Below, in pieces: positions 39,901 to 53,453 of a DNA stretch of 64,000 bases; position 1 is the stretch's first letter, and the number at the start of each line of letters is the position of its first letter. Made by a program: the position numbers and the translations under genes. The DNA is from Octopus vulgaris (taxonomy: Eukaryota). The notes under the pieces were generated by a model, which saw only the letters and a program-made list of their open reading frames with translations, was not told the DNA's origin and ran no database searches. The stretch covers positions 133,424,001-133,488,000 of the forward strand of contig OX597815.1 in NCBI GenBank assembly GCA_951406725.2. The letters run 5' to 3'.

Positions 39901-41479
39901 CAATACGAACTGCTGAATGGTCAGGTCATTGATGACTAAAGTGGCAACCTTACTGAGCTTGCTTAATAAGGAGGGTGATTGGACGCCCTGCAGGAGGTAA
40001 AACAAAACCTATCAAAGTCAGTGGCCATCCAATACTGTGCACACAAGCTTAATCCTGTTGTTTCTCAGGGACAGCAGTAGTTTCTGCAGCAATCATTGAC
40101 AAACTGGTGACTTGGGTATAGAAAACACAGTGGTTGTGCAGAAGATTGATACATTTTCAACAATGGGCATGCACAACAGGTTCAGTCAGCGGAGAACTGT
40201 GAGAATAAGAATGTAGGAATGGTGTACCACATTACTTGGAGTAAGTGACCCCGAGTTCTTGTTAGGACATCACTCTTGGAGAAGGAAAACTTGGAGCTCG
40301 ATGGCAGCAAATAATGTTGACTAGTTCTTTTTGAGGTATATTATTGTTGTTCGGAGAGTGGGATTGATTGTGTGCAAGGTTTAACCTCACTTTAGAAAGC
40401 ATCTTGGTATATTGGCATTGTATTTATCATAGACCAATTCTGAAACACTTCAATGGTTATATTAGAGAACAAGGAAGCAATTGTTATGCATTTATGTATA
40501 TCTATTGGTTCTACAAACTAGGATTTCTACTACTTGTCTGCAGGAATCTCAGTCCTCATTATATCAAGGTATTATGCTCTCTCTCTCTCTTGCACACACA
40601 CACATGTGTACACGTGCACACACACACAGACAAGCGAATGTAAACATCATAATATTCATTTCTGCTATATTCCATAATTTATTTCAAAGTTTCTCTACAG
40701 TTGAACATCCTTTCTATCATCACCAATCACCAACTGACTTGGATAATTAATGAATTGGGACATAACTTGAATATTCAGGTGGCATTTAATACATTAATTT
40801 CTTAAACACATGAACCTCATCACTACTAGTGAAAATGAAGATTTTTTCTTGTTTTCTAAATATATTTGGGTTTGTAATAGTTTTATGTACAAAATACCTG
40901 TAAGAAGGTATTAATCTGAAATTTTGACTTTAAAAAGATAATAAAACAAAATTATTGAAAATAAACTGTATTTAATGACTCATTCCTCTTATTTTTTCAA
41001 GGCTTTTGTCATTTCCAGTAATTAGGTCATCTTCTATATATTGAGTAAGAAGATACTGCTATATATTCTAAAGATTTGCTATATTTTCAAAACTCAGAAA
41101 TCTTGGGCTATGTCATGTTTCATGAAGAAACTTTTTCTTTTCACTGATTCAGTATAGTATTTTGTCAATCTGAAAAGAAAAAAAAGTGTATGGGAAGATG
41201 GATGAGAGGTGGGGAAACATACTGCCAAAATGGTTCAAGGGGGAAGCAAGAGCCATAAGCCAGGGAAGGTAGAAGGATGCAGAAGAGTTTGGGTGATGAG
41301 TAGCACAAGTAGTAAAGATGATATGGTTGCTGGTGGAGAGAGAACAAGAGAGATATGATATGGTTGGGTATTCTGTGGAGACAGGTATAATGCATGGAGA
41401 GGGAGTGAGTCACTCTTAACAGTTGAACCTAAAACATAGTGTTTCCAGAACTCAGTTTTGCTGAGAAGGGCACATTATT

Positions 41480-42150
41480 TTGAGAATCTCATATCACCAG
41501 AGATTCTGATCTTTTGTTATTTAGAATCCTGAGATCAGCTTTCACCACTTTATCCCATATCTTCCAGGATTTTCCTCTTCCACGGGTTCCACCCACATTA
41601 AGCAAATGGAATTTCTTTATACAGCTGTCTTCATCCATACACATTACGTGTCCAAACCAAAGCAGTTTTCTTTCTTGAACACAACATCTGATTTCTCTTG
41701 TACCCAGCACCTTTCTACTAATTCTTTCACATACACATATATTGCACATCCTAAGGAGCATGCTCACTTCATTTTTTTCCAGTCATCTTAATTCCTCTAC
41801 ATTCAAGCCCATGTCTCACTCCCATGCAGCATTGCAGTTCTAACACAAGTATCATACAATCTGCCCTTCACTCTTGGGGAAAAGATCTTTGCTGTCAATA
41901 GTGGTAGTAGCCCCCTGAACTTTCTCCAACCAGTTCTTACTTTAGCAACTATACTTACAGAGTAATTATCCCACTCGCTAATTACATCTCCTAGGTAGCA
42001 AAAGCTAGGAACTACTTCTAATGTGCAATCTGGGCATTTAAGAGACTCAATTTCAGGAGTGCTCATATGTACTACTCCAGTGAATCTACCACATATGAAG
42101 CTTACTTTCTCAGATTGTCTGTGAGTGATTCCACTACATCTCTTGTCTAT
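41480..42150 (-). mobile_element. Decayed RTE 3' fragment
   Basis: ORF pieces FCYLGDVI...KGRLYDTCVRTAMLHGSETWA and WFGHVMCMDEDSCIKK are homologous to the 468-aa RTE ORF. Confidence 0.85.
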
Positions 42151-45100
42151 ATAGGTGTATTATTGTCTCCTTGCCTTGGCATTGCAGGAGAATTGTAAAT
42201 GAGTGTTACCATCATAGAAGTAATATCCTTCATTTCCAGTCTCCCATGAAAACATATCTGGCCATGGAGAAATATTACGTTATTTGGAAACAGATGAAAG
42301 TTGATAAGAAGAAGGGCATCTGGCTGTAGAAAACCCACCTCAGCAAATTGTCTGATTTATGCAAGCATGAAAAAGTGAATATTAAAATGTTAAAAATCAT
42401 TCTCAAGGATTTGGCTGGAACTTGGCTCTTTTGTTTATTAAACATACCCAGTTCTTCAGTACCAGTAAATAGTGTTATTTGTTTTTTGTTTTAATATACA
42501 TTTATCAATAAAAGTCTTTGATCTGAGCAAATCACTCTTGGCATTTGACTAATTATTTCGCAAGATTATTCACAGTATATCTCTTAATCCATGTTAAAAT
42601 ATATAAAATTCTGCAACAATTAACCTAAAAAATTATCTGAAATAAAATATTAAATTTTAATTCAGTGTATCTACTTGCAATGGATAACCTAAACTTATAA
42701 CTCCCTCTTAGGTATTAGGAATTTAATGTTAACATTGTATATGCAAATAAAAAGCATCATTCAGGCTTGGAGGTAAGGTAATCAAACCACCTGGTCTTTA
42801 GGTACTTCTAGCGTAGTTTACTCTGTTGCAAGCATTGACTCCAGATCACCAGTTTGATTATTAACCATGTAAAATAAAACAACTTACAGTTGTTTGGCTT
42901 GTATGTTAACAGTATACACAAAACAAAGTGTGATATTGTAAAATTAGGAATGTGGATGATAAACTTAACACACCACCTAGTTTCATATTGCTACCTGGTA
43001 CATGTGTACTTTTAACAGAGGTCACACTGTTAAAAGCATTCAAACCAAACCAAGAGTTCACTTCTGTCCATATTTTAACTTCAATCACTTACCTGCAGAT
43101 ATTCAGGCTGGGTATTAGCCGAATCAATCTCACCAGTATGGGAGATCTTGTCCTCTCTTGACTAAATTACTTTTTTAAGGGATTCTTCTATCACATAATC
43201 TAGTACTGCAATATTCTATCACATAATTCTTAACACCCTATTACATATCTCCCAGCACACTATTAAATGCCCTAGTCCTCCAATACAATGTAATATGCCC
43301 GAGCACTCCAAAACCCAATCACACATCCTCCTACTCAATACTTAACATACTTAGTACTCTGATACCCAGTTATATTACGTAACAATACTACAGTATTCTA
43401 TCATGTACCTTACTATTAGAACAGGTAGTCACATACTCTGTAAGTTACAGACTTACATAGAATAGCTATGGGCATGACTGTGAATACATAGCTTACTTTG
43501 TTACCATATGGTCTCAACTTCCAGCTAACAGCATCTTTCACTAAAGCGTCAGGCCAACCAGTACCTTGTAAATAATATTGGCTTCAAATTTTGGTACAAG
43601 GCCAGTAATTTCAGGTGAGGGTTAAGTTGATTACATCAATCTCAGTGTTCAACTGGTACTTCTTTTATCAACCCCAAAAAGATGAAAGGCAAAGTCAACT
43701 TCAGCAGAATTTGGACTCTGAATGTAAAGATGGATGAAATGCCGCTATGCAGTTTGCCTTGCATGCAAATGATTCTGCCAGTGCACCACCTTCTTTGTAA
43801 TATTAGTTGACAGACGGCGGTGAGCCAGCAGAATCATTAGCATGCTGAGAATACTGCTTAGCAGCAAAATGCTGCTAAGCAGTATTCTCAGCATTCTCAA
43901 CAAAATGTTCAAATTCCATTGAGGTCAGCTTTGCCTTTCATCCTTTCAGGGTCAATAAAATAATTATCAGTTGAGTACCGGGGTCAATGTAGTCAACTTA
44001 TATTCTCTCTCGAAATTGCTGGCCTTGTGCCAAAATTTGAAATCAATATTAGTTGACAGAAATTGTAAGGAAGCATATTGTGTGTGTAGTTTGTGTATTT
44101 ACATTCCACATCTTTGCATGAAAACCATTAAGCAAAATCTGATGACAATTTCCTAACAATTTGTCCTTTAGTTCTGCTCTTTTGAAAACAAGTGGAATGA
44201 AAACATCCATAACTTGAAAGTAGATTGGTTAGCAACAAAAAGATCATCTGCTATAAAACAATGCCTCAATACGTATTTGTCCAACCCATTGGAAAACAGA
44301 CATAAACAAATATTTTAACTCTGATATCCAATCCACTCTTTCTTTTTCTCTTCCTTGATGAAACATGTGACTGAGCCCGAAACATTAAACCTCTTTCCTT
44401 CCCCACAGTAACTACATTTATTTTAACCAATACTTGACCTTTTATCAAATATTACAGAAAATGCAGCTTAATATACTCAACTTTATTTTTGATATAATTT
44501 TCTTCTACTGGACTATTTTTACCAGTGCAAACCTGTGATAAGATTCCCCAGATTCTCGATTTCAAATGAAAAAATATACATGTTTCTCTCATTTGATGAA
44601 CTTTTAGCATTTAAGAAAGATGCTCTTTGTGAAACATTTAGGAAATACCATAACAAAAAGAAAAAGAAAACAAATGAGAATAGTAGAACAAAAAGGGAAA
44701 TAAATAATGATAGTATTTATAACAGACAGCTATATAATACCTCGGCTAGGATTCAAGACCAAATCTACAATTTTCCACATGGTCAAAGAAGTTCATTGGC
44801 CTTTTTGCACTGAGAGATTAATGAGAATGAACTCATTTATTAGACCTTTCTCAAGGCATTCACAGGTCAAAGCAGATATAGAACCCTGTGGTTTTGGGCT
44901 GACCAATTGAAATTACAAAATTATAAATACACAAGCAAATATCAGTTGATCTCTTTCAGCCATCTGGTCTGGCCGAGGAGAAAGTTTCCTCTTTTGGATT
45001 GACCTATTCCATGATCAAAGAGCAACTCATCTCAGTATTTTGATCAACATACAAAGGTAAACCTCTTACTGTCTCATACATACTTTTTATTCTTTCTTTC

Positions 45101-46599
45101 TTCCAAGCAGTTTCAGAGATGAAACTATAATCATACAGAATGGACTGGAAATCTACAAACAAGTTGTGTACATACAACTTGAAGAAGTTGTATATTTCTT
45201 ATATAATTATGACAATATTATAATCAACTTAATAAAATGGCCATATTAATAGTCAAATAATATTATTCATCAATCATTTTTCTAATGATTCTTTACATTA
45301 AACTTCATTGTTATATATTTTTGTAGTTTTAGATATCATAAATTTATTTCCAGCATGACTCAAAATATTCAGAATACTAATATTATAGAATTACAGGACT
45401 GTTAACAAAAGAAATGGAGTTTATATCAGTTTACACCTACTTTCAATAAATCTATGTACTTACATATAGTCTATAACATCCCAAATTTCCTTATTCTAAA
45501 ACAGTCAATATGAAGTGTGTCCACTTTAAACTTTCAAAAGAAAGGGAAATGTATGATGACTACTCTCATTATAACCAAGTGTCCACCTCCTATTTATTCA
45601 TCTAATATTTTAATTGTTTAAAACAATCAAAATATTGATATTTTAAATAGGATGGTCATGGCAGGAATGATTTTGTTTATAGGTCTACTCAATCAGAGCT
45701 TAGCTGATACTAAACAATAATTTGTATGACTCTAACATACAAGTAGAACCATTACCTTATCAAGAAAGATTTACACTCACTGACCTCTCATCACAGCAAT
45801 AGATATGAACCCTATAATAAATGTTGTATACCACAAAGACTGGGTTTTCATTTTAGACAAGAAAATAATCCCACCCCAAAGGCATCCTACACAATACCAT
45901 GCATAAGTTTGCCTTTTACTAGATTTTACTTTCACAATTGGGACAATGCTCCTTATAATTTATAAACTAGACAAAGAAGGAAGGATAGTGGCCATGACCT
46001 TCACAGGCTCTCAGGTGATGGAAGGAGAAGAGTCAGGTGTGCTGTGAGGGTCTAGATGGGTTGGGTATGCAGTTATCTGGTTCAAAAGAGCAAAGACCAT
46101 TGTAGTTATCATAAAAGAAGTAGAGAGAGAGAGAGAGCAGCAGCAGCATGGCTGTGAGCTAGATAGAGGTTGTAGCATATTGATAATTGAATCTGTATAT
46201 CATTGAATGTTGTTTGCTTCTGTTTTTTAATGTTGTCTAGGATGTTTGTTTCCAAAGAGCCTAGTTTCGGGCGGTTCTTCATTGTAGAACCTTTTTGAAA
46301 TATGAAGAGAGTCAGCAATTGATGAAGTTGAAATATTTTCTTCCCATAGAGAGGAATAAATTTTATGATGTAGCTTTTGTGATGTTATATATATGAGGGG
46401 TCATTGTAAGAGATCATCAGAAATTACAAGGCCTAATATTTGTAGTGACTTTGAAAATTTTAGTTATGTGTTGTTCATCACCAAAAAGAGTGAGTTATTC
46501 ACAAGACTGTTTCACTGATATATGTTTGGACTGTATGTTGTTAATAATGTATGTGTGGAGCCATTGTGTCTTTGAGTTGTTGAAAGAGACTAGGTTATC

Positions 46600-46930
46600 A
46601 AGTCTTCTTAGTGATTAGAGTGTTAGACTCACAGTCATGAGGTAGTGAGTTTGATTCCTGGACCAGGCTGTGTGTTGTGTTCTTGAACAAGACACTTTCT
46701 CTCATGTCACTCCAGTTCACTCAGCTCTAGAAATGAGTTGCAGTATCACTGGTGCCAAGCTGTATCAGCTTTTGCCTTTCCTTTGGATAACATCAGTGGA
46801 ATGGAGAGGGGAGGCTGGTATGTATGGGTGATTGCTAGTCTTCCATAAACAACCTTGTCCAGACTTGTGCCTCAGAGGGTAACTTTCTAGGTACAATCCC
46901 ATGGTCATTTGTGACTGAAGGGGGTCTTTA
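46600..46930 (+). mobile_element. tRNA-derived SINE (CORE/V-like central region)
   Basis: GTGTTAGACTC...GAGTTTGATTCC head followed by GTGTTCTTGAACAAGACACTT...CCAGTTCACTCAGCT. Confidence 0.55.
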
Positions 46931-48182
46931 TTTTGACCATAAAGTGGATTTTAAAATGGTGATGACAAGGAATGTGCCCAAGCGCAACTTATTTACACAG
47001 TGGTACAAGATTGAGAACCCAACAATAATGATTAAAGTCCCGATACATTATGGGTTATAACTAAGGTGAATTGGTTGAATTGTTGAGTCAGGTAGATTAC
47101 ATTGTATTATTCACACAGGCTCTTTGGGTTCAAATATTAGTGAGGTCAGTTTTTTTCATCACTCACTACATCAGGCTCTAGCCCAATCTCTAACAATCTG
47201 TCACTCACCTCCCACATTCTTATGAAATTACCCACCCTTTCCTTTCCGCCTGATCCAAATTATATTCTTTCTTATACTTACTTTCTTGTGTTTTGAGAGT
47301 ATGCTCTGGCACCCTGTCATCATCATCTTTATCTCCTTTCCAGCTACTCTCACTCATCTTTGCATAATGCAGAGTAGCCATGTTAGATACTATGTTTGTC
47401 CTTTTTCTACACTTTAGCCTTCAACATCTTGCATAAATCTACCTCTTCCTCCTTCTCAAATACACTCCCATTCAATCAATGGGGCTCTTTCCTTTTTCTT
47501 TACTTTGTCTTGCAAGTTACTTCCAGTGTCATATAAAAAAAAAAAGGCATCCAGTACACACTAAAAAATGATTGGCATTAGGAAGGGAATAAATCTATAG
47601 AAAAACTGCCAAAGATGGCACTAGGGCCTACTGCACTCCTGTGGCTTGTCAGATCCTGTCAAATCTATGCCAGAATGGAAAACAGACATTCAATGATGAT
47701 GACAACCACGATAACAACAGTGACAATGGCAATGATAATGATGGTCCTTCTGGAGTCAGTAAATAAAGTGTTGATTCTTCTCCCCCCCCCTCTCTCTCGC
47801 TTTTTTTCTTTTCAGAAGATATCATCTATAGTCAGCTGGAGAGGGATGGGTTGTATCAGGTTAGTCTAAAAATGCTCAAGACAGCTGAATATTGTGACAG
47901 CAATCCTTACAATTCTATCAGAAGTTGAGGACCCAAGGAAAGGCAATAAATAAAGTATGTTGAAGTGATTCTTATAGTTGGTATAACAAAGTCACTTCAC
48001 TCAGGCCACAAATGAAGTAAAAGGTCCTGAATCAAAATTTGAAACCTGGAAAGCATGACCCTGGTTTAACACAAACTTACTGAACATCTTTTCTCCATTG
48101 TTTGTCATATCATACAATTGTAATTTTCGAAAAAATTTTATCAATGGCCAGCATATTAAAAAATACCTTTAAAGGTTAAATT

Positions 48183-48367
48183 TATAAACAACTTATAAAA
48201 GAGGGCAAACGAAAAAATTTTCTAATGCCAAATATACCGAAATTAGACACATTGTCCGTAACCATTATAATTATAAAAATTATAATGGTTACAGACAATG
48301 TGTCTAATTTCGGCATATTTGGCATTAGAAAATTTTTTCATTTGCCCTCATTTATAAGTTGTTTATA
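48183..48367. repeat. Inverted repeat with about 90-bp arms
   Basis: TATAAACAACTTATAAA...GTAACCATTATAATT and its reverse complement, with few mismatches. Confidence 0.85.
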
Positions 48368-48371
48368 TATA

Positions 48372-49066
48372 TGTTTTTACTGAGATCTCCCTTTTAGTAG
48401 AAAGAATAGCTATAACTCTTTGACTGCTATTTCTAAATTCGGTGTGTGGTGAGGCAATTCGTTGCTAAACCCTTAATTGCTTAGTATTACTTAAATTTTC
48501 CTCGAATGAGGCTTTTACATGCCGAAATCTACTTGGTGTAATTAATAATTATTCCAAATGAATTAATTTCACCCTTTATTATTACTGATAACCATATTTC
48601 ATCCCAGTAAATGACCACAGCATCTTGTCTTGGCTACACGCGGGTGGGAAGGGGCTGGTGATACAAACTTTCATTCACACTTTGAATTTCGTGGTACTGG
48701 TAATGGCTTTAGCTCGCTCTGATACTGAGTTGAGATGATGCCTTCTAGTATCTCAAAATTTGATATACAATTATTCATAATTGTAGTGTCCTACGCTGAT
48801 GAGAAAAGAAGTTGGGTAAGGTAGAATTATCTAATTCTTATGCTTTCCTAAAACTTGATTTCGAAACGTACGCCCATAGGTGACTTAAAATTGTATGATA
48901 GATTGCCGTCATTTCATTCTCTCTTACCTGTCTGTGTTTGCCTTTCAAATGCTGTGTTTTTACTGAGATCTCCCTTTTAGTAGAAAGAATAGCTATAACT
49001 CTTTGACTGCTATTTCTAAATTCGGTGTGTGGTGAGGCAATTCGTTGCTAAACCCTTAATTGCTTA

Positions 49067-49070
<4 letters not shown>
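48372..49070 (+). mobile_element. Terminally redundant non-coding element (Penelope pLTR / retrozyme-like)
   Basis: 116-bp direct repeats at 48372-48487 and 48955-49070, identical by eye; TA-repeat flanks; internal hammerhead-like core. Confidence 0.65.
48786..48884 (+). ncRNA. Degenerate type I hammerhead ribozyme motif
   Basis: CCTACG-CTGATGA-G...long stem II...C-GAAA-CGTACG-CC-CATAGG; U16.1 is replaced by C and stem I has one mismatch. Confidence 0.55.
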
Positions 49071-49114
<44 letters not shown>

Positions 49115-49409
49115 TATGTATATTAATGTGTGTGTGCTAAGAAGATAAAGGTGAAATTTAAAGACAATTTAGCTGCTATTTCTTGCACATTACGGAACCA
49201 CATAGGAGCTACCTCATTAGTTCATCCCCTTTGTGATTGCTCATCCTGCTTGAAATAACAGCTAAAACTCCATTAAACACTTTCGACTTAAAAAAATGAA
49301 AGGATACTGTAATTCTAGATACATCATCATTATTATCATCAAGTTCTGGGAGATGTAGGGCCAGGTACTAGGTTTTCATGGCATATAAGTAACTGAGATT
49401 ACATTTGTC

Positions 49410-49792
49410 GGTATTTTTTGGTTATCTCACCCCCATTAAAAAATTGCCATTAAAAAAATGGGTTATCTCCCCACTAATGAATTGAGTTTATGTGGCGACA
49501 AAGGATTGGATTAAGAGTTAGACCCTCTTCATTCAATACTTCAACATATTGTTCATGTTTGGCCTCCTCAATAGACAGGGTATGATTTGTTATAAAAATG
49601 TTATCAGATTCAATATGTTTAACTTTTTCAGTTTCCATGTTTATTAATTTGTACATTTTTTTTTTATTGACGGTTAAACAATTTTTTTAGTTGAGGGAGA
49701 TAACCAAAAGTACCGATATTTCTCATAAAACGGTGGTGGGGTGGGGGAGATAACCCAATTTTTTAATGGGGGTGTGATAATCGAAAAGTACC
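49410..49792. mobile_element. GGTA...TACC MITE (Merlin-like)
   Basis: TIR GGTATTTTTTGGTTATCTCACCCCCATTAAAAAATTG vs CAATTTTTTAATGGGGGTGTGATAATCGAAAAGTACC; flanks CATTTGTC / TATTTCTC (6/8). Confidence 0.65.
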
Positions 49793-49884
49793 TATTTCTC
49801 CTTATGGGATGCCAGTCTATTGTAGGGTTGTTGAGTTATAATCGAGTGGACTGGAGTGAAATAAATTGTTCTGCTCAAGAACAT

Positions 49885-50125
49885 AATCTTTTCTACTCTA
49901 GGCGCAAGGCCTAAAATTTTGGGGGAGGGGCCAGTCGATTAGATCGATCTCAGTACACAACTGGTACTTAATTTATCGACCCTGAAAGGATGAAAGGCAA
50001 AGTCGACCTTGGCGGAATTTGAAACCAGAACATAAAAATAATATTTGAACTCAGAATGTAAAGACAGATGAAATACCACTAAGCATTTTGCCCGCATGTG
50101 CCAATGTTTCTGCCAGCTTGCCGCC
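49885..50125 (-). mobile_element. tRNA-derived SINE, abundant family (other copies at about 725-935, 8950-9105, 22450-22650, 31925-32150, 35345-35560, 35885-36060, 37130-37330, 43580-43795, 43815-44050, 50672-50870, 51362-51560)
   Basis: Shared A/B-box-like head (GCTGGCAGAA...GAGTTCAAATTCC) and core GCCTTTCATCCTTTCGGGGTCGATAAATTAAGTACCAG, seen in at least 12 places. Confidence 0.85.
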
Positions 50126-50324
50126 CTGCTCAAGAACATAATGCATCATCTGGTATGGGAATCAAAACCATTGATCCTGTAATCATGTGTGTAACACACT
50201 AACCACCAGGCCATACACTTTCACATTCTAAATACAGTGTGTTTGCAAATCAAGACAGGATGGTCATTAATGGAATGCTTTTGATCAGAGCCTTGCTCAC
50301 TCAGAACTAAACTGAGTGAGTTAA

Positions 50325-50546
50325 GCCTTTAATATTTAAATGCACCATATCAGGTCCAGATATTCTACCTGTTTTATGTTCAAACTGGCCAAATTTGGCC
50401 CCTCACACCAACTCTACAATGTCATTCTAAAAAATTAATAATAACTTCATCAAAATCTCAAAGCAACAAGATAATGCAGGATTAATTAAAAAGCATGTGA
50501 ATAAGTACGCTTTACTTTTGACAGGATAATGTGAATGCTGAAGGGG
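50325..50546. mobile_element. piggyBac-like MITE, second copy
   Basis: TTAA-flanked; internal sequence matches 27536-27740. Confidence 0.7.
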
Positions 50547-50604
50547 TTAAACAACATCTTGCTTTAAAGAGATTGCAACTATTTAATCTCTAAAATTATT
50601 TTAT

Positions 50605-50646
<42 letters not shown>

Positions 50647-52591
50647 CATTCATATATTTTACAAATATTTTAATTTCTAGGCACAAGGCTCAAAATTTTT
50701 TGGGAGGGGGCCAGTCGATTAGATCGATCCCAGCTGGTAATAAATTTATTGACCCCGAAAGGATGAAAGGCAAAGTCGACCTCAGCGGAATTTGAACTCA
50801 GAATGTAAAGACAAACGAAATGCCGCTAAGCATTTTGCCCGTCATGCTAATGTTTTTGCCAGCTCGCCGTTTTGCTCAAGACCAAAATGCATCATGTTAC
50901 CTTTCATATGACTGGTAACACTGTAAGTATGCTTCTGCTACAACAGGTAATATCAGGAAATATGGCATACGTACTCTAATTATAATTTGATTTTTATCAA
51001 ATTTCTTGATGCACATGCAAATGATTAAATGAGTGCTAATTTTCAAAAGAAAAATATTCATTCCTTCTCCTCCTCCTCTTCCTCCTCCATCCATATGATT
51101 ATTTCTTACTGTGTGTGTGTGGGGGGTGCATTCCTTTACTCATTAATTGCCCCACTCAGCCTAGTCTATGTACTCATTCTGTACCTCTTATGTTGACTTT
51201 CTCTGTATCTTTCTTTTACTCTCTCTCTCTCTCTCTCTTTCTCTCTTTGTCTCTCTCCAATCCTCCAATCTATTGTATAATTAGGGAATCAACCAACCAA
51301 CCAACCAACCAACCAACCAGCCAACCCACAATTTATATCAGCTATTATTAAATAGAGACACGAAGGTGGCAAGCTGGCAGAATCGCAAGCACGCCGGGCA
51401 AAATGCTTAGTGGCATTTCATCTTTCTTTACATTCTGAGTTCAAATTCCACCAAGGTCAACTTTACCTTTCACCCTTTCTGGGTCAATAAAATAAGTTCC
51501 AGTTGAATACTGGGTCAATGTAAAGTTGCTGGCCTTTTGCCATAATTTGGAAACCATTATTAAATAGAGACATTTAAAAGTTAGCCATTTGGCCAACACA
51601 ATATGGTATTTAGTTTTATTGTAAATGGGAAATTGAAGCCCTGCCAAAATACTCGTTATCTTGCTCCCCTCTATCAAACAATCATTAAAATGAGTACCAG
51701 TAATTATATTTGGTAAATCCCCCTCATACATTCACACACCACCTCTTGTACAAAAATTGACATAACTACTGATTGGTGCACATGTGACTTAGGTTCCTCA
51801 TAACTTTAATTCTTTGAAGTGTTTCAGCTTTAAAACTGCGGTCATGCTGGGACACCACCGTTTCTAGATGGGCTAAATCCTGGATGTACTGCAATACCAG
51901 GTCAACACATGGCAAAGGTGGAGCAAGCCCCTAATTCTTCTCTCACTTCTAAAAATCAGTTTAATATTGATGGTCCCAGGTAGGGACCATATTGAATATC
52001 TTAGCCAAAAGGGTGGGAAGCATATTTTCCAATGAAATTTTTCAGGGATGCATTTTTGAGAGTATAGATTACAGTTATGTTGATGGCACTAAACAAATTT
52101 TCCTTGACAGTGTTTTGAACCAGTCTCCCTTGATCTCGACTGTTTCCTCCCAACTCTCTTGAAAAAAAAAATTAATGGCAGTTTGCAAAAATATGCTTTC
52201 AAAAGTGAAGATGACAATTATGGTGATGTATCAAACACACGAAAGTCCCCCACCCTCCCACCTCCCAAAAAGGAAGACAAAGAAAAAATAAGAAAAGAAA
52301 AATGCTGAAAAGTTACGGAAATAGGTGGAAACAAAGTTGGAGCCGGAAGAATGATCATTCTCAATATTTGCTTTTTAAATTCCATGAATACAATTGTAAT
52401 TGAAAATGTACTTGTAGCGAGGCAAAAGAAGCCAGTGCTATTTTGAACAAGATCTCGCTGGTAGCCATTGCTAGAATGAGATCTCGCCTGCAACCATTTA
52501 CTATGCGCAAGACAACAACGAGATTCTTGCCGGCAACCAGTATTTAAGCAAGAAACCAACAACATTCACTCTCTCATTCCTTCTCACGCTT

Positions 52592-53418
52592 TACATAGTG
52601 TTCGTATTAATTTGGTGTATTTGCTGATTGTGTGAAGAATTGGTGGCTGTTTTGTGCTGCTTTACAGCAGTTTTCTGATTGTGCTTTCTCTCTGCCTTTA
52701 AGGAGAGTTAGTCATGGCAATGGTAAAGAATATGTTCTATTTGGACCTTAGTGGGTCTGAATTGTCCTCTACGGAGGAGGAGCTTGTATGAGCAGTTGAT
52801 AAGATAGACAAGTGCTTAAGGAAGAAAAGTTTTGCGGAAGTGACAGAAGTTACAAAAAAAGAGGTGGACCTGACAAACATAGAAAAATATAAGAAGATGG
52901 CATGTAGGGTAGGTGGTGACGTTAGTTGTCACCAACCCAGAAAGTATTGGAAGAGATGGATAAGAAAACTATAGTATACAAAGTGTATTCTGTGTAAGAA
53001 AGAAGATAGAAAATGTGGAAGCAGAAACAATAGAAAAGGCGTTGCGCTTCATTTGGCAAGACGTAACATTTCTTGCCAGAGGAAGTAAATACGGAACAAT
53101 TGTGGTCCATTTCAAGACAAGGAAAAGCAAAAGAACATGCTGTAACCACAGTAAAGTTAGATAAAGTGGTCCTTCTACCCACTTATCGGATCTTTTCTGT
53201 TTGATGGACGGAATTTTCTAGTTAACTAAAATATTTGAAACTTCGTATACTGGTAGAATGTGTCAAAAGAAAACATTATTGTAAACAAAATTGTAATTTG
53301 TAACTTAAACGTAGTTTAATTTTACGAATTTTAACCAATGAAATCCCAGCATTTCTGCATTATCGATATTGATAAAGAAATATAGCAGACGCACGACACA
53401 CACACACACACACACACA

Positions 53419-53453
<35 letters not shown>

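Noticed and set aside
45900-46590. Possible Penelope-like coding relic
   Set aside because: No RT or GIY-YIG motif is recognisable.
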